DNA of 64,000 bases from an uncultured Gemmatimonadales bacterium (GCA_963816355.1 CAWFKH010000006.1:416001-480000), one strand, 5' to 3'; numbered from the stretch's first letter, positions 27,910 to 37,716 are shown. The notes: generated by a model from the letters alone, not told the origin. Numbers and translations are program-made.

Positions 27910-29571
27910 ATGGCCTTTCGGTCGCCCGCAACTTCGGTCGCCGCCGGCGCCGCCTTGCGCGAGGCCATGGGAGCGGCGGGGCCGACATCGCCGGAAGAGC
28001 GGCCCCCGCTCGCGGCGGCGGTGCTCGGAATCGCGGCGGCGGTTCTGCTCGCCCACGTCGTCGTCGCCGCGATCACCCCCTACGGCGTCCACCGCGACGA
28101 GCTCCTCTACCTCGCGATGGGGCGGCACCTGCGGCCGTGGCGGATGGACTTCCCGCCGTTGATCGCGATCATCGCCCAGGTCGAGAGGGGCCTCTTCGGT
28201 GATTCGCTGCCCTCCCTCCGCCTCGCCCCCGCCGTCGCCGCCGCCGCGATCGTTCTCTTCGCCGGGATGATCGCGCGCGAGATTGGCGGTGGCCGCTGGG
28301 CGCAGACGCTCGCCTCCCTCCTCGTCGCGCTGAACCCGCTCTTCATGCGCGCCGGCAGCCTCTTTCAGCCGGTCGTCTTCGATCAGCTCTGGTGGACGCT
28401 CGGTCTGCTCGCGCTCGCGCGCCTCGGACTCCGCGGCGTCGGCCCCGCCGCGCCGAGCCAGGAGGGCGCGCGCGACTGGCTGCTCCTGGGCGTCGCCGCC
28501 GGCCTGGGCCTGCTCACCAAGTTCAGCATCGCCTTCTTCGCCGCCGCGGTGCTCCTCGCGCTGGTGCTGTCGCCGAAGCGCGGCGCGCTGCTCACCCGCT
28601 GGCCGTGGTCCGCCGCGGCCGTCGCGCTGGCGATCGGCCTGCCGAGCGTGGTCGGCCAGATCCGGCTCGGCTTTCCCGTCATCGGGCAGCTGCACGACCT
28701 GCAGGCGGCGCAGCTCTCGCGCGTGGGATACGGCGACTTCCTCCTGGGTCAGCTCCTCTTCGCCGGACCCCTCGTGCTCGTCGCGGTCGCCGGGCTCCTC
28801 GACCTCCTCCTGCCGTCGCGCCTCCGGCCGTGGCGCGCGCTCGGTTGGACCTGCCTGATCGCGGTCCTGCTGCTCATGCTGCTCCACGGCAAGCCGTACT
28901 ACGCGGGGCCCGTCTATCCGACGCTCTTCGCCGCCGGCGCCGTCGCCATCGAGCGCTCCACCGCGCGCATCGCGGGCGCAGGCCACCGCGGACGCTCCCG
29001 CGCGGCGCGCTGGGCCGTCCTCGCGCTCGGGTTCGCTTTCGGCGCCGTCGCGCTCCCGCTCGGCCTCCCGATCCTCCCGCCCGCCGCGATGGCGCGCTAC
29101 GCGGCTTCGCTCCGGCTCGCGGGAGCGGTCACGACCAACCGCGGCGTCGTGCTCGCCCTTCCGCAGGACTACGCCGACATGCTCGGCTGGCCGGAGCTGG
29201 CGGACGCCGTTGCCGCCGTGTGGCGCTCCCTGCCGGCCGCCGACCGCGCCGGCGCCGTCCTGATCGCCGGCAACTACGGCGAGGCGGGCGCGCTCGACTT
29301 CTACGGCCCGCGGCTCGGGTTGCCGCCCGCGATTGCGCCGGTGGGCAGCTACTGGTTCTTCGGACCGGGGTCGAAGCCGGGCGAGGTGGCGGTAGTGGTG
29401 GGTGGCGAGGAGGCGGAGCTGCGGCGCTACTTCGGCGACGTGTCCCTCGCGAGCCGACTGCGCGGCCGGCAATGGGTCGTCCCCGAGGAGCGCGACGTGC
29501 CGATCTGGATCGCGCGCCGCCCGCTCCGTCCGATCCAGCGGGCGTGGCCGGAGCTGCGCGGCCGCAACTGA
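27910..29571 (+). CDS. GT-C glycosyltransferase (family 39 / ArnT-PMT-like)
   Basis: YG.HRDELLY, DFPPL, LTKFS, GKPYY..P.YP, GWPE, GNYGEAGA; many TM helices. Start uncertain. Confidence 0.85.
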   Translation: MAFRSPATSVAAGAALREAMGAAGPTSPEERPPLAAAVLGIAAAVLLAHVVVAAITPYGVHRDELLYLAMGRHLRPWRMDFPPLIAIIAQVERGLFGDSLPSLRLAPAVAAAAIVLFAGMIAREIGGGRWAQTLASLLVALNPLFMRAGSLFQPVVFDQLWWTLGLLALARLGLRGVGPAAPSQEGARDWLLLGVAAGLGLLTKFSIAFFAAAVLLALVLSPKRGALLTRWPWSAAAVALAIGLPSVVGQIRLGFPVIGQLHDLQAAQLSRVGYGDFLLGQLLFAGPLVLVAVAGLLDLLLPSRLRPWRALGWTCLIAVLLLMLLHGKPYYAGPVYPTLFAAGAVAIERSTARIAGAGHRGRSRAARWAVLALGFAFGAVALPLGLPILPPAAMARYAASLRLAGAVTTNRGVVLALPQDYADMLGWPELADAVAAVWRSLPAADRAGAVLIAGNYGEAGALDFYGPRLGLPPAIAPVGSYWFFGPGSKPGEVAVVVGGEEAELRRYFGDVSLASRLRGRQWVVPEERDVPIWIARRPLRPIQRAWPELRGRN

Positions 29572-29627
29572 GCGAACGGGGCGGCGCGGCCGGAGCCGAA
29601 CGGATCAGGGCGGGGCGAGGCGGCCGC

Positions 29628-32600
29628 TCATCGGGACGGCACCGTCAGGGGCGGCCGTCCCGCCGCCTTCCGCTGCGCGTTCAACGCGTCAAGGCCGGTG
29701 GTCGAGAGCGTCTCCCAGCGCGCCATGACGTCGCGTGCTGCGTCGCGCGCCGCGTTGCACGCCGCCACCTCGGCGGCGGTGGGGGCGACGTCGGCGTCCT
29801 GCATCGACATCGCCGCCGCCAGTTGCGCGGCGCTCGCGGACTCCAGCGTGGGCGGTCCCGTGGGCGCGGCGCGGAAGCGGCCGAAGCGGCGCTCCGCCGG
29901 GCGCGGCGCGGGCGCGAGCGCTTCGAGCCGTGCGCGGAACGCGGCGTCCGCGCGGTTCGTCGTGTCGAGGCGGGCGACGAGCGCGCGCGCCTGGCGGTAG
30001 GCCGCGTCGGCGGCGACGGCGCCGTCGTACATCTCGCGGGTGAGCGAGGCGAGGCGATCGAGGTCCGCGGCGGGGGTGCGGACGCGCGGGTCGAGGCGCA
30101 GCGTGAGCGGCTGCGTGAAGCGCTCGCCGGCGACGGTGAGGCGCAGCGTGTAGTCGCCCGGCGGCGCCCACGGCGCGTCCGTCGAGGGGTAGGTGTGGTG
30201 CGGCACGGCGCCGGTCGCGCCGCCCTCGCCGTGAGCCTCCCGCGGCCCGATCGGGTCGAAGCGTAGGTCCCACGAGAAGCGGTGCACCCCTGCGACGGTC
30301 GAGAGCCGAGCCTGCGGCGCCGCCCAGTAGAGCGGCACCGAGCAGTCGGTCGCGCGGGGATCGCGGCGGCAGATGCGGTCGTACGCCTCCGGGTCGAGGG
30401 CCGGATCCGGGACGAGCACCGGGTCCGCGCTCGAATAGGAGCGCACCACCCGGCCGGCGGCGTCGAGCACCTCGAGCGTGACCGGCCCGCGCGCCGCCGC
30501 GGGCAGGTAGTAGTCGAGGATGGCGCCCGGCGGCGGGTTCTCGCCCGCCGGCACCTCCGGCGGCCACGGCGTCGGGTCGTTGGTGCCGAAGCGCACGCGC
30601 AGCGCGGTCTCGGGGCGGAACAGGTACGCGGTGCGCGCCGCGCGCGCCTCCTCGATCTGCCGCAGCGGCGTGATGTCGTCGAGGATCCAGAAGCCGCGTC
30701 CGTGCGTGCCGGCGACGAGGTCCGAGCAGAAGCAGGTCGTGTCGTCCTTCACCTGAAGGTCGCGCACCGAAACCGCCGGCATGTCGAGCCGCAGCGACTG
30801 CCAGTGGTCGCCGTCGTCGAAGGAGACCCACACCTGCGTCTCCGTCGAGGCGAAGAGCAGGCCTCGCTTCTCCGGGTCCTCGCGGATCGCGTTGGCCGCG
30901 GCGCCGGGCGCGATGCCCGTGTCGATCTCCGTCCACGTGCGGCCGCCGTCGTGCGTGCGCCAGAAGTGCGGCCTCATGTCGTCGATCCGCATCGTGTTGG
31001 CCGCGGCGTACGCGGTGAGCGTGTCGAAGTGGCCCGCCTCGACGTTGAAGATGCGCGTCCACGGCGCGATCCCCGGCGGCGTCACGTTCGCCCAGTGCGC
31101 GCCGCCGTCCATCGTCTTCTGGATGTTGCCGTCGTCGGTGCCCGCCCAGATCACGCCGACGTCGAGCGGCGAGGGGGAGAGCGCGGTGATCGTGCCTTCC
31201 GGCGCCGGCTTCACGTCCTTCGCGTACTTGCCGACGCTCGCAGGCACGCGCCACGTCGGCCGCGCCAGGTCGGGGCTGACGCGGCTCCAGCTGTGGCCGC
31301 GGTCGGTCGTCTTCCACACCGCGTTGGACGCGTAGAAGAGCACGTCCGCGTCGACCGGCGACCAGTGCAGCGGCATCGTCCGCACGTCGCGGTTGTACGG
31401 CCCGCCGCGCGGCCCCATCTCCGGGCCGACGTACGACGTCTGGGCCGTGCGCCGGTCGTAGCGGGAAACGTTGTTGCGCATGCCGCCGAAGACGACGTCC
31501 GGATCGCGCGGGTCCGGAGCCGCGATGCCGTACTCCTGGATGTTGACCGGGTGCCAGTCGTGGAACGTGATCTCGCCGTCCATCGAACGGCTGTCGACGC
31601 ACGCGGAGCCGGAATCCTGCTGGCCGCCGCAGACGCGGTAGGGGAAGGCGTCGTCGGTCGTGACGTGATAGACGGCGGCGGTCGGCTGCGTGTACCAGTT
31701 GCTCCACGACGCGCCGCGGTTCGCCGAGACGACGGCGCCCTGGTCCGCGACCGCGAACAGGATGTCGGTGTCGTTCGGGTTGATCCACACGCGCTGGTAG
31801 TCGTCGCCGCCCGGCGCGCCGCGCACCGCCGACCACGTGTGGCCGCCGTCCTCCGAGCGCCACAGGACCACCGTCGCCGCGTAGACGACGTCCGCCCTCT
31901 TCGGGTCCACCGTCACCGTGGGCAGGTCGCCGCCGCCGATGCGCGCGAGCGGGCGCGGGTCCACGTGAGAGGTCGGGCCTCCGGTCGGACCCGCCGGCAC
32001 GTCGACCGCCTCCCAGTGCGCTCCCGCGTCCGTGGAGCGGTACAATCCGACGACGCCCGTCGTCGCCCCGGCGCGGACCGCCGAGGACGGCGCCGGCGCG
32101 CCCGCGATCGTCGCGTACAGAAGGCTCGGATCGCTTGGCGCGACCGCGAGGTTCGCCTCGATCACGGCCGGCAGCCCCGCGGAAAGCCGCGTCCAGTGGT
32201 CGCCGCCGTCCGTCGACTTGAAGATGCCGCCGCCCACGCCGCCGAAGGCGAGGCTCTCGCGGTACCCCTCCTGCTGCCGCCACAGCGCCGCGTAGACGAC
32301 CCGCGGATCGCGCGGGTCGATGACGACCTCGTTGCCGCTCGTGTACGCGTCCTCGTAGAGCACCTTCTGGAAGGTCCTGCCGCCGTCCGTCGAGCGGAAG
32401 ATGCCGCGCTCCTCGTTCGGCCCGTACGGGTGGCCGAGCACGGCGACGAAGAGCCGGTCCGCGTTCGTCGGGTCGACCGCGATGCGCGCGATCATCTGGC
32501 TCTCGCGCAGCCCCAGGTGCTCCCACGTGCGGCCCGCGTCCGACGAGCGGTAGACGCCGTCGCCGGTCGAGAGATCCGGTCGGATGATCCCGGCTCCGCT

Positions 32601-33029
32601 CCCCACGTAGATGACGTCCGGGTCCGACGGCGCCACCGCGATCGCGCCGATCGAGCCGGTCGGCTCGTCGTCGAAGATCGGCTGCCACGTCGAGCCGTAG
32701 TCCGTCGAGCGCCAGACGCCGCCGTTGTCGAAGCCCGCGTAGAAGGTGCCGCGGCGGCTCGCCACGCCATCCAGCGCGCGCGCCCGGCCGGCGCGCGTCG
32801 GGCCGATCGAGCGCCAGTGCATCTCGGAGAACGATTGCGCCGCCGGCGGCGCCGGTGCGGCGGATGACGCTCCGGCGGTGGGCGGCAGCAGCGCGGCGGA
32901 CGGCCGTTGCGCGGCGGTCGGCCCTAGCGCGGCGAGCGGCGCAGCCGCCGGGAGGACCGCCGCCGCCGAGGTCGCGGGTGCGGCGAGGCAGGCGGACGCG
33001 AGGACGACGCGGGCGATGGTCGGGCGCAC
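29628..33029 (-). CDS. secreted BNR/Asp-box (VPS10/GH74-like) beta-propeller protein, paralog 2
   Basis: GTG after GGAGGGG, signal peptide, WRSIGP.RAGR, Asp-box repeats, GGQQDSGS, THGRGFWILDD, GENPP.GA. Confidence 0.88.
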   Translation of the reverse strand: MRPTIARVVLASACLAAPATSAAAVLPAAAPLAALGPTAAQRPSAALLPPTAGASSAAPAPPAAQSFSEMHWRSIGPTRAGRARALDGVASRRGTFYAGFDNGGVWRSTDYGSTWQPIFDDEPTGSIGAIAVAPSDPDVIYVGSGAGIIRPDLSTGDGVYRSSDAGRTWEHLGLRESQMIARIAVDPTNADRLFVAVLGHPYGPNEERGIFRSTDGGRTFQKVLYEDAYTSGNEVVIDPRDPRVVYAALWRQQEGYRESLAFGGVGGGIFKSTDGGDHWTRLSAGLPAVIEANLAVAPSDPSLLYATIAGAPAPSSAVRAGATTGVVGLYRSTDAGAHWEAVDVPAGPTGGPTSHVDPRPLARIGGGDLPTVTVDPKRADVVYAATVVLWRSEDGGHTWSAVRGAPGGDDYQRVWINPNDTDILFAVADQGAVVSANRGASWSNWYTQPTAAVYHVTTDDAFPYRVCGGQQDSGSACVDSRSMDGEITFHDWHPVNIQEYGIAAPDPRDPDVVFGGMRNNVSRYDRRTAQTSYVGPEMGPRGGPYNRDVRTMPLHWSPVDADVLFYASNAVWKTTDRGHSWSRVSPDLARPTWRVPASVGKYAKDVKPAPEGTITALSPSPLDVGVIWAGTDDGNIQKTMDGGAHWANVTPPGIAPWTRIFNVEAGHFDTLTAYAAANTMRIDDMRPHFWRTHDGGRTWTEIDTGIAPGAAANAIREDPEKRGLLFASTETQVWVSFDDGDHWQSLRLDMPAVSVRDLQVKDDTTCFCSDLVAGTHGRGFWILDDITPLRQIEEARAARTAYLFRPETALRVRFGTNDPTPWPPEVPAGENPPPGAILDYYLPAAARGPVTLEVLDAAGRVVRSYSSADPVLVPDPALDPEAYDRICRRDPRATDCSVPLYWAAPQARLSTVAGVHRFSWDLRFDPIGPREAHGEGGATGAVPHHTYPSTDAPWAPPGDYTLRLTVAGERFTQPLTLRLDPRVRTPAADLDRLASLTREMYDGAVAADAAYRQARALVARLDTTNRADAAFRARLEALAPAPRPAERRFGRFRAAPTGPPTLESASAAQLAAAMSMQDADVAPTAAEVAACNAARDAARDVMARWETLSTTGLDALNAQRKAAGRPPLTVPSR

Positions 33030-33120
33030 GGATCCCCTCCTGAGGGCGCGGGTGTGCTCTGCGGGGTGACGCCGCACAGTATGGGGCGCCGCCGCCGGAG
33101 CGGCCAGGCGCCGCCGCCGC

Positions 33121-33972
33121 TCAGTCCATGCGCCGGGCGACGGCGAGCAGGTGGCCGCTCGCGCCGAGCAGCGTCGTCTCCGTCTCGACGCGGCGCAGGC
33201 ATTCGAGGATGAGGGAGCGCAGCGCGTCGTCGTCCCAGAAGGCGTCGAAATCGGGCAGGAACGCGAGCGGTCCGTCGACGGCGGCGATGCCGAGCGGCCG
33301 CAGGCCCGCCTCGCGGATCTCGCTGCCGATCTCGTCGGCGAGGTGGAAGTGTGCGCTGGTGAAGTAGCGCTCGTCGTCGGTGGGGTTGCGGTGGTCGCCG
33401 CTGCGCAGGTCCTCGCGCAGGATGGCGGCGAAGCGGGCGTCGCGTGCGTAGCCGCGGAAGAAGCCGTCCATGAGGGAGGCGAAGCGCGAGATCGCGGCGA
33501 CGAACACGAGCGCGTCCGGGCGCGCGACGCGGCTCGCCTCGCCGAGCGCGCGGATGCGCTCGGCGCGCTCGAGGAGGTGGTAGAGCGGGCCGAGGAGCAG
33601 CACGGCGTCGAAGGCGTCGTCGCCGAAAGGCAGGTCTCGCGCGTCCCCCTGCCGGATGCGCTCCGGCCCCAGGCCCGCCTCGGCGAAGCGCACGCGCGCC
33701 TGCTCGATGTGGATCGGCACCGGGTCGACCAGCTCGACGTCGTAGCCCGCATCGGCGAGCCATGCCGAGTACACGCCCGAACCCCCGCCGACGTCGAGAA
33801 CGCGGCACGGCGGCGGCGGCAGGTAGCGCGTCAGCAGCTCCTCCGTTCGCACCCGCTCCAGCTTCCCGGGCCCCGTGAGCAGCCGTTCCCCTTCCGGCAC
33901 GTCCGTATAGTGCGCGACGACGTCCGGGTCCGCGTAAGTCGCCTCGGGCGCGTCGTTCTGCTTCCTCGCCAT
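33121..33972 (-). CDS. class I SAM-dependent methyltransferase
   Basis: VLDVGGGSGVYS, LVDPV..H, GDARDL, FDAVLLLGPLYHL. Confidence 0.9.
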   Translation of the reverse strand: MARKQNDAPEATYADPDVVAHYTDVPEGERLLTGPGKLERVRTEELLTRYLPPPPCRVLDVGGGSGVYSAWLADAGYDVELVDPVPIHIEQARVRFAEAGLGPERIRQGDARDLPFGDDAFDAVLLLGPLYHLLERAERIRALGEASRVARPDALVFVAAISRFASLMDGFFRGYARDARFAAILREDLRSGDHRNPTDDERYFTSAHFHLADEIGSEIREAGLRPLGIAAVDGPLAFLPDFDAFWDDDALRSLILECLRRVETETTLLGASGHLLAVARRMD

Positions 33973-34050
33973 GTCCGTTCTCGTGTAGGAGTCGGTGAAG
34001 GATTGCAGCGCAAGCGAGCGAGGTCAACACGGCAGGGGGGTGGGGACGGA

Positions 34051-34123
34051 CGGCGGGATTGAACGGCGGGATTGAACGGCGGGATTGAACGGCGGGATTG
34101 AACGGCGGGATTGAACGGCGGGA
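34051..34123 (+). repeat. 13-bp tandem repeat, 5 identical copies plus a partial (CGGCGGGATTGAA)
   Basis: Units start at 34051, 34064, 34077, 34090, 34103; partial at 34116. Confidence 0.97.
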
Positions 34124-34192
34124 CGGAACCGCGGGGGGTCTGCGGTCCGGGGTCGGGGCAGGGGCGCGGCATTGCCGGAGCAAGCGCTGTCA

Positions 34193-34303
34193 AATCCCGC
34201 TTGAAATCCTGCGGTCGAATCCCGCAGTCGAATCCCGCAGTCGAATCCCGCAGTCGAATCCCGCAGTCCAATCCCGCAGTCCAATCCCGCAGTCCAATCC
34301 CGC
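34193..34303 (+). repeat. 13-bp tandem repeat AATCCCGCAGTC(G/C): 6 full copies, a terminal core and 2 degenerate upstream copies
   Basis: AATCCCGC cores at 34193, 34218, 34231, 34244, 34257, 34270, 34283, 34296; variant AATCCTGC at 34205. Confidence 0.97.
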
Positions 34304-34374
34304 CCGTTGTCCCCACCCCCCTCGCCGTGCTACCGTTCCGACCTCGTGACCCGATCCTGGAAAGGTCGAACGAC

Positions 34375-35721
34375 ATGCTCCGTGCCACTCGTTTCCGCCC
34401 ATCGCCCCGGCTTCTCGCGCTGCCGCTGCTCGCTTGCCTCGCCGCACCTTCCGCGGCGCGCGCGCAGGCGGCGGCGCCGCGCGTCGATCCACGCGTGGAG
34501 AAGGCGCTCGCGGCGATCTCGCCGGAGCGCCTCGCTGCGATCGACGCGAAGCTCAAGTCGTTCGGTACGCGCATGACGCTCTCGACGGACGAGGCGGCGG
34601 GGCGCGGCATCGTGGCGGCGCGCGCATGGATCCTGTCGGAGCTGAAGGGCTACAGCCCGCGGCTGCAGGCGAGCCTCGACTGCTACGACGTCGCCGAGCA
34701 GGGACGGATCGTGCGGCCGGTCGAGTTGTGCAACGTGATGGCGGTGCTGCCGGGGCGGAGCGCCCGCCGGATCTACGTCAGCGGCCATTACGACTCCGTT
34801 GCGCGCGTTGCGGGCCAGCCGTTCGACTGGGGCCGCACCGACGTGTTCGCTCCCGGCGGCGACGACGACGGGAGCGGCACGGCGCTGACGATGGAATTGG
34901 CGCGCGTGCTCTCGCAGGGCGGCATGGACTTCGACGCGACGCTCGTCTTCATCGCGTTCGCCGGCGAGGAGGAGGGTCTCTTCGGCGCGCGGCTGCACGC
35001 GGAGAAGGTGCACGCCGACAGCGTCCGCATCGACGCCGTGATCAACAACGACATCGTGGGCAACTCGCTCGGGGGCACCGGCGTCGTCGACTCCCGCACG
35101 GTGCGTATCTTCTCGGAGGCGCCGATGGACTCGCCTTCGCGGGAGCTCGCGCGCTACATCCGCCGTTGGGCGGCGGCATACGTGCCGGGCCACGTCGTCC
35201 GCCTCGTCGCGCGCGAGGACCGCTTCGGGCGCGGCGGCGACCACACCGCCTTCAACCAGCTCGGCTACGCCGGAGTGCGCGTCTCCGAGTCGAAGGAGGA
35301 CTATTCGCGCCAGCACACGCCCGCCGACACGCTGATCGATCCCGCCTACCTGGCGAAGAACGCGCGCGTGGACGCCGCCGCCGCGGCGACGATGGCGCTC
35401 GCGCCGTCCGCGCCGGACGTGTACGACCGGCGCGGCAACCCGATGCTCGGGCGCGGCGACTCCGGCTACGACGCGGCGCTGCGCTGGGCGGCGTCGTCGG
35501 GGGCGACGTCGTACCGGATCTTCTGGCGCACCGCGTGGACGCCGGACTGGGAGCACGAGCTCGACGTGGGCGACGTGACCTCGTACGTGCTGCACGACAT
35601 GTCGATCGACGACTACGTCTACGGCGTCGCGGCGGTTGACGCCGCCGGCCACGAGAGCGTCGTCTCCCCCTACGTCCGGCCACCCCGCCCGTTCGTCCCG
35701 GTGAAGACCGGGAGCCGCTGA
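34375..35721 (+). CDS. secreted M28 family metallopeptidase with C-terminal FN3-like domain
   Basis: Signal peptide (ARA-Q); GHYDS, GGDDDGSG, GEEEG, NNDIVG, GGDH..F, QHT..D. Confidence 0.9.
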   Translation: MLRATRFRPSPRLLALPLLACLAAPSAARAQAAAPRVDPRVEKALAAISPERLAAIDAKLKSFGTRMTLSTDEAAGRGIVAARAWILSELKGYSPRLQASLDCYDVAEQGRIVRPVELCNVMAVLPGRSARRIYVSGHYDSVARVAGQPFDWGRTDVFAPGGDDDGSGTALTMELARVLSQGGMDFDATLVFIAFAGEEEGLFGARLHAEKVHADSVRIDAVINNDIVGNSLGGTGVVDSRTVRIFSEAPMDSPSRELARYIRRWAAAYVPGHVVRLVAREDRFGRGGDHTAFNQLGYAGVRVSESKEDYSRQHTPADTLIDPAYLAKNARVDAAAAATMALAPSAPDVYDRRGNPMLGRGDSGYDAALRWAASSGATSYRIFWRTAWTPDWEHELDVGDVTSYVLHDMSIDDYVYGVAAVDAAGHESVVSPYVRPPRPFVPVKTGSR

Positions 35722-35730
35722 CCGGCGGGC

Positions 35731-37401
35731 GTGTTCGAGGACCGGGTCGGCGAGGCGGGCGGCGCGCCGCCGCCCCGTGAACCACGCGGCGCGCCGCCGC
35801 CCCGTGAACCGCGCGGCGCGCGCGGCGTCGAGACGGGCCTCGCCGCGCTGCTCGTCGCGGGTGCCTTCGCCGTCGTCCTGGCGAACGTCCAATCGAAGCT
35901 CTTCGACCTGGATCGCTTCACGGCGCCGAAGGCGCTTGCGCTCGAGCTCACCGCCCTTGCGGCGGCCGGCCTCCTGATCCCGCGCTGGCGGCGGCTCGAG
36001 GTCGGCGTCGTCGAGGGCCTGCTCGCCGCCTTCGTCGCGTGGAGCGCGCTCTCCACCCTGCTCGCTCGCAACCACTGGCTCGCGGTCCAGGGCTTCGGCG
36101 TCTCGCTCGCCGGCTTCGTCCTCTTCCTCGCCGCGCGACGCCTCGCGAGCGCCGGCTTGCGGCACGCCGCGCTCACCGGACTCGTCGCCGCCGCGGTGAT
36201 CGGCGGCGGCCTCGGCGTCGCGCAGGCGTACGGCGTCGATTGGAAGTGGCTCGCCGACAGCCGGCCTCCCGGCGGCACGTACGGCAACCGCAACTTCCTC
36301 GCGCACATGACCGCGATCGCCACGCCGGCGCTCCTCGTCCTGACGTTGCGCGCGCGCCGGCGGCCGGCGGCCGCGGCCGGCATGGCGGGGCTCGCGATCG
36401 CCGCCGCCGCCATCGTGCTGACGCGCTCGCGCGCCGCGTGGCTGGCGCTCGCGGTGTCACTGACCGTCATGGCGCTGGGGGTGCTCCTGGGGCGGCGGCG
36501 ACCCCTCGCCGGCGTGACGCGGCGGCGCATCGTCGCGGCCGTCGCGGCGCTCGCGGTGGCGGTCGCCGCTTCCGTCCTGGCGCCGAACGAGCTGAAGTGG
36601 AAGTCGAGCTCGCCGTACGCCGAGACGCTCACCGGCCTGACCAACTACAAGGAAGGATCGGGGCACGGACGGCTGATCCAGTACCGCAACTCGTTCCGCC
36701 TGATCCCGCGCCGGCCGGTCTTCGGCGTGGGTCCCGGAAACTGGTTCGTTCACTACCCCCGCGTGACGACGCCCGGCGATCCGGCGTTCGCCGGCTACGA
36801 TCCGATCCCGACCAATCCGTGGCCGAGCAGCGACTGGGTCGCGATGATCACCGAGCGAGGCCTCGTCGGCGCGCTCCTGCTCGCGCTCGCCGGGCTCGCC
36901 GCCGCCGTCGTCGCCGTGCGGCGACTCCGCGACGACGGCGGCCGCGGCGAGGGCGACGCCGCCGCCGACGCCCTCGTCGTCCTCGGCACGCTCGCCGCCG
37001 CGTTCGTCGCCGGTCAGTTCGACGCGGTTCTGCTCCTTCCGGCGCCCACGTACCTGGTGTGGGCGACGCTCGGCCTGCTGCTGCCCCCGACCGGCGCGGT
37101 GGTGTCTCGCACGCTGGAGGGGAAGCGCGGCCGGATGCTGCGGCGCGGCGTGGTCGGCCTCCTGGCGCTCGTGACGCTGGCGAGCGCGGCCCAGGTCGCG
37201 GCCGTGCGCACCACGACGAACACGCGTCGCGCGACCCTGGTGCGCGCCGCGCGCTTCTACCCGGGCAGCCACCGCATCCAGCTCGATCTGATGGGGAGGG
37301 GGTCGTGCGGCCAGCGGCTGCCGCACGCGCGCGCGGCGGCGCGCCTGATGCCGTTCCATCGCGCGCCGAAGCGCGCGCTGGCGGCGTGTGGGGGGAAGTA
37401 G
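35731..37401 (+). CDS. O-antigen ligase / Wzy_C-like membrane protein
   Basis: GTYGNRNFLAH, LTRSRAAWLA, GR...Y, PVFGVGPGNW, E.GLVG; multiple TM helices. Confidence 0.8.
   Translation: MFEDRVGEAGGAPPPREPRGAPPPREPRGARGVETGLAALLVAGAFAVVLANVQSKLFDLDRFTAPKALALELTALAAAGLLIPRWRRLEVGVVEGLLAAFVAWSALSTLLARNHWLAVQGFGVSLAGFVLFLAARRLASAGLRHAALTGLVAAAVIGGGLGVAQAYGVDWKWLADSRPPGGTYGNRNFLAHMTAIATPALLVLTLRARRRPAAAAGMAGLAIAAAAIVLTRSRAAWLALAVSLTVMALGVLLGRRRPLAGVTRRRIVAAVAALAVAVAASVLAPNELKWKSSSPYAETLTGLTNYKEGSGHGRLIQYRNSFRLIPRRPVFGVGPGNWFVHYPRVTTPGDPAFAGYDPIPTNPWPSSDWVAMITERGLVGALLLALAGLAAAVVAVRRLRDDGGRGEGDAAADALVVLGTLAAAFVAGQFDAVLLLPAPTYLVWATLGLLLPPTGAVVSRTLEGKRGRMLRRGVVGLLALVTLASAAQVAAVRTTTNTRRATLVRAARFYPGSHRIQLDLMGRGSCGQRLPHARAAARLMPFHRAPKRALAACGGK
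35761..35820 (+). repeat. in-frame 27-bp tandem duplication (GAPPPREPR x2)
   Basis: 35761-35787 and 35788-35814 differ at one base; 6-bp partial follows. Confidence 0.9.
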
Positions 37402-37428
37402 GGGCCGTCGCGTCGGCCCGCCGGCTCG

Positions 37429-37716
37429 CTAGACCGGCTCTTCGTCCCGGCGGCCCTGGCGGATGTCGTCCGCGCCCTTCTTCGTGCCGTAGCCCACCGC
37501 GCCGCCGAAGATCAGCGCGGTGCCCGCCCCGACGAGCGGCAGCAGGGCGACGACGGGCGCCGCGACCACCGTCGCGACCGCCCCGGCGATGAGCGGCACC
37601 CTGCGGTCGCGGATGCCCTCGACGTAGCGCAGGCGACGTCGCACGAAGCGGCGCGTCTCGGCGAAACCGCCCGCGGCCGCGCCGCCGGCGATGACCGCTG
37701 TCAGGATTCCAAGCAT
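37429..37716 (-). CDS. small membrane protein
   Basis: ATG after GGAGGT; hydrophobic segments flank RRFVRRRLRYV. Confidence 0.7.
   Translation of the reverse strand: MLGILTAVIAGGAAAGGFAETRRFVRRRLRYVEGIRDRRVPLIAGAVATVVAAPVVALLPLVGAGTALIFGGAVGYGTKKGADDIRQGRRDEEPV

Larger units (their letters stand above)
34028..34329. mobile_element. non-coding fold-back / MITE-like element with terminal inverted repeats and inverted 13-bp tandem arrays
   Basis: Left end cacggcaggggggtggggac (34028-34047) pairs with gtccccacccccctcgccgtg (34309-34329, one extra C). The internal arrays are near reverse complements. Mobility is inferred; no TSD or transposase seen. Confidence 0.55.

Noticed and set aside
33030..33752. 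N-terminal extension of propeller paralog 2; similar extensions for ilvE (to 53728) and hisF (to 14851)
   Set aside because: They overlap neighbouring genes in other frames; downstream starts coincide with family N-termini or signal peptides, and for paralog 2 and hisF with clear SD sequences.
34051..34303. 13-bp arrays as a CRISPR array, replication iterons or coding repeats
   Set aside because: No unique spacers or cas genes; no rep gene, DnaA boxes or AT-rich unwinding region; a 13-bp period does not preserve frame and the peptidase signal peptide starts at 34375.
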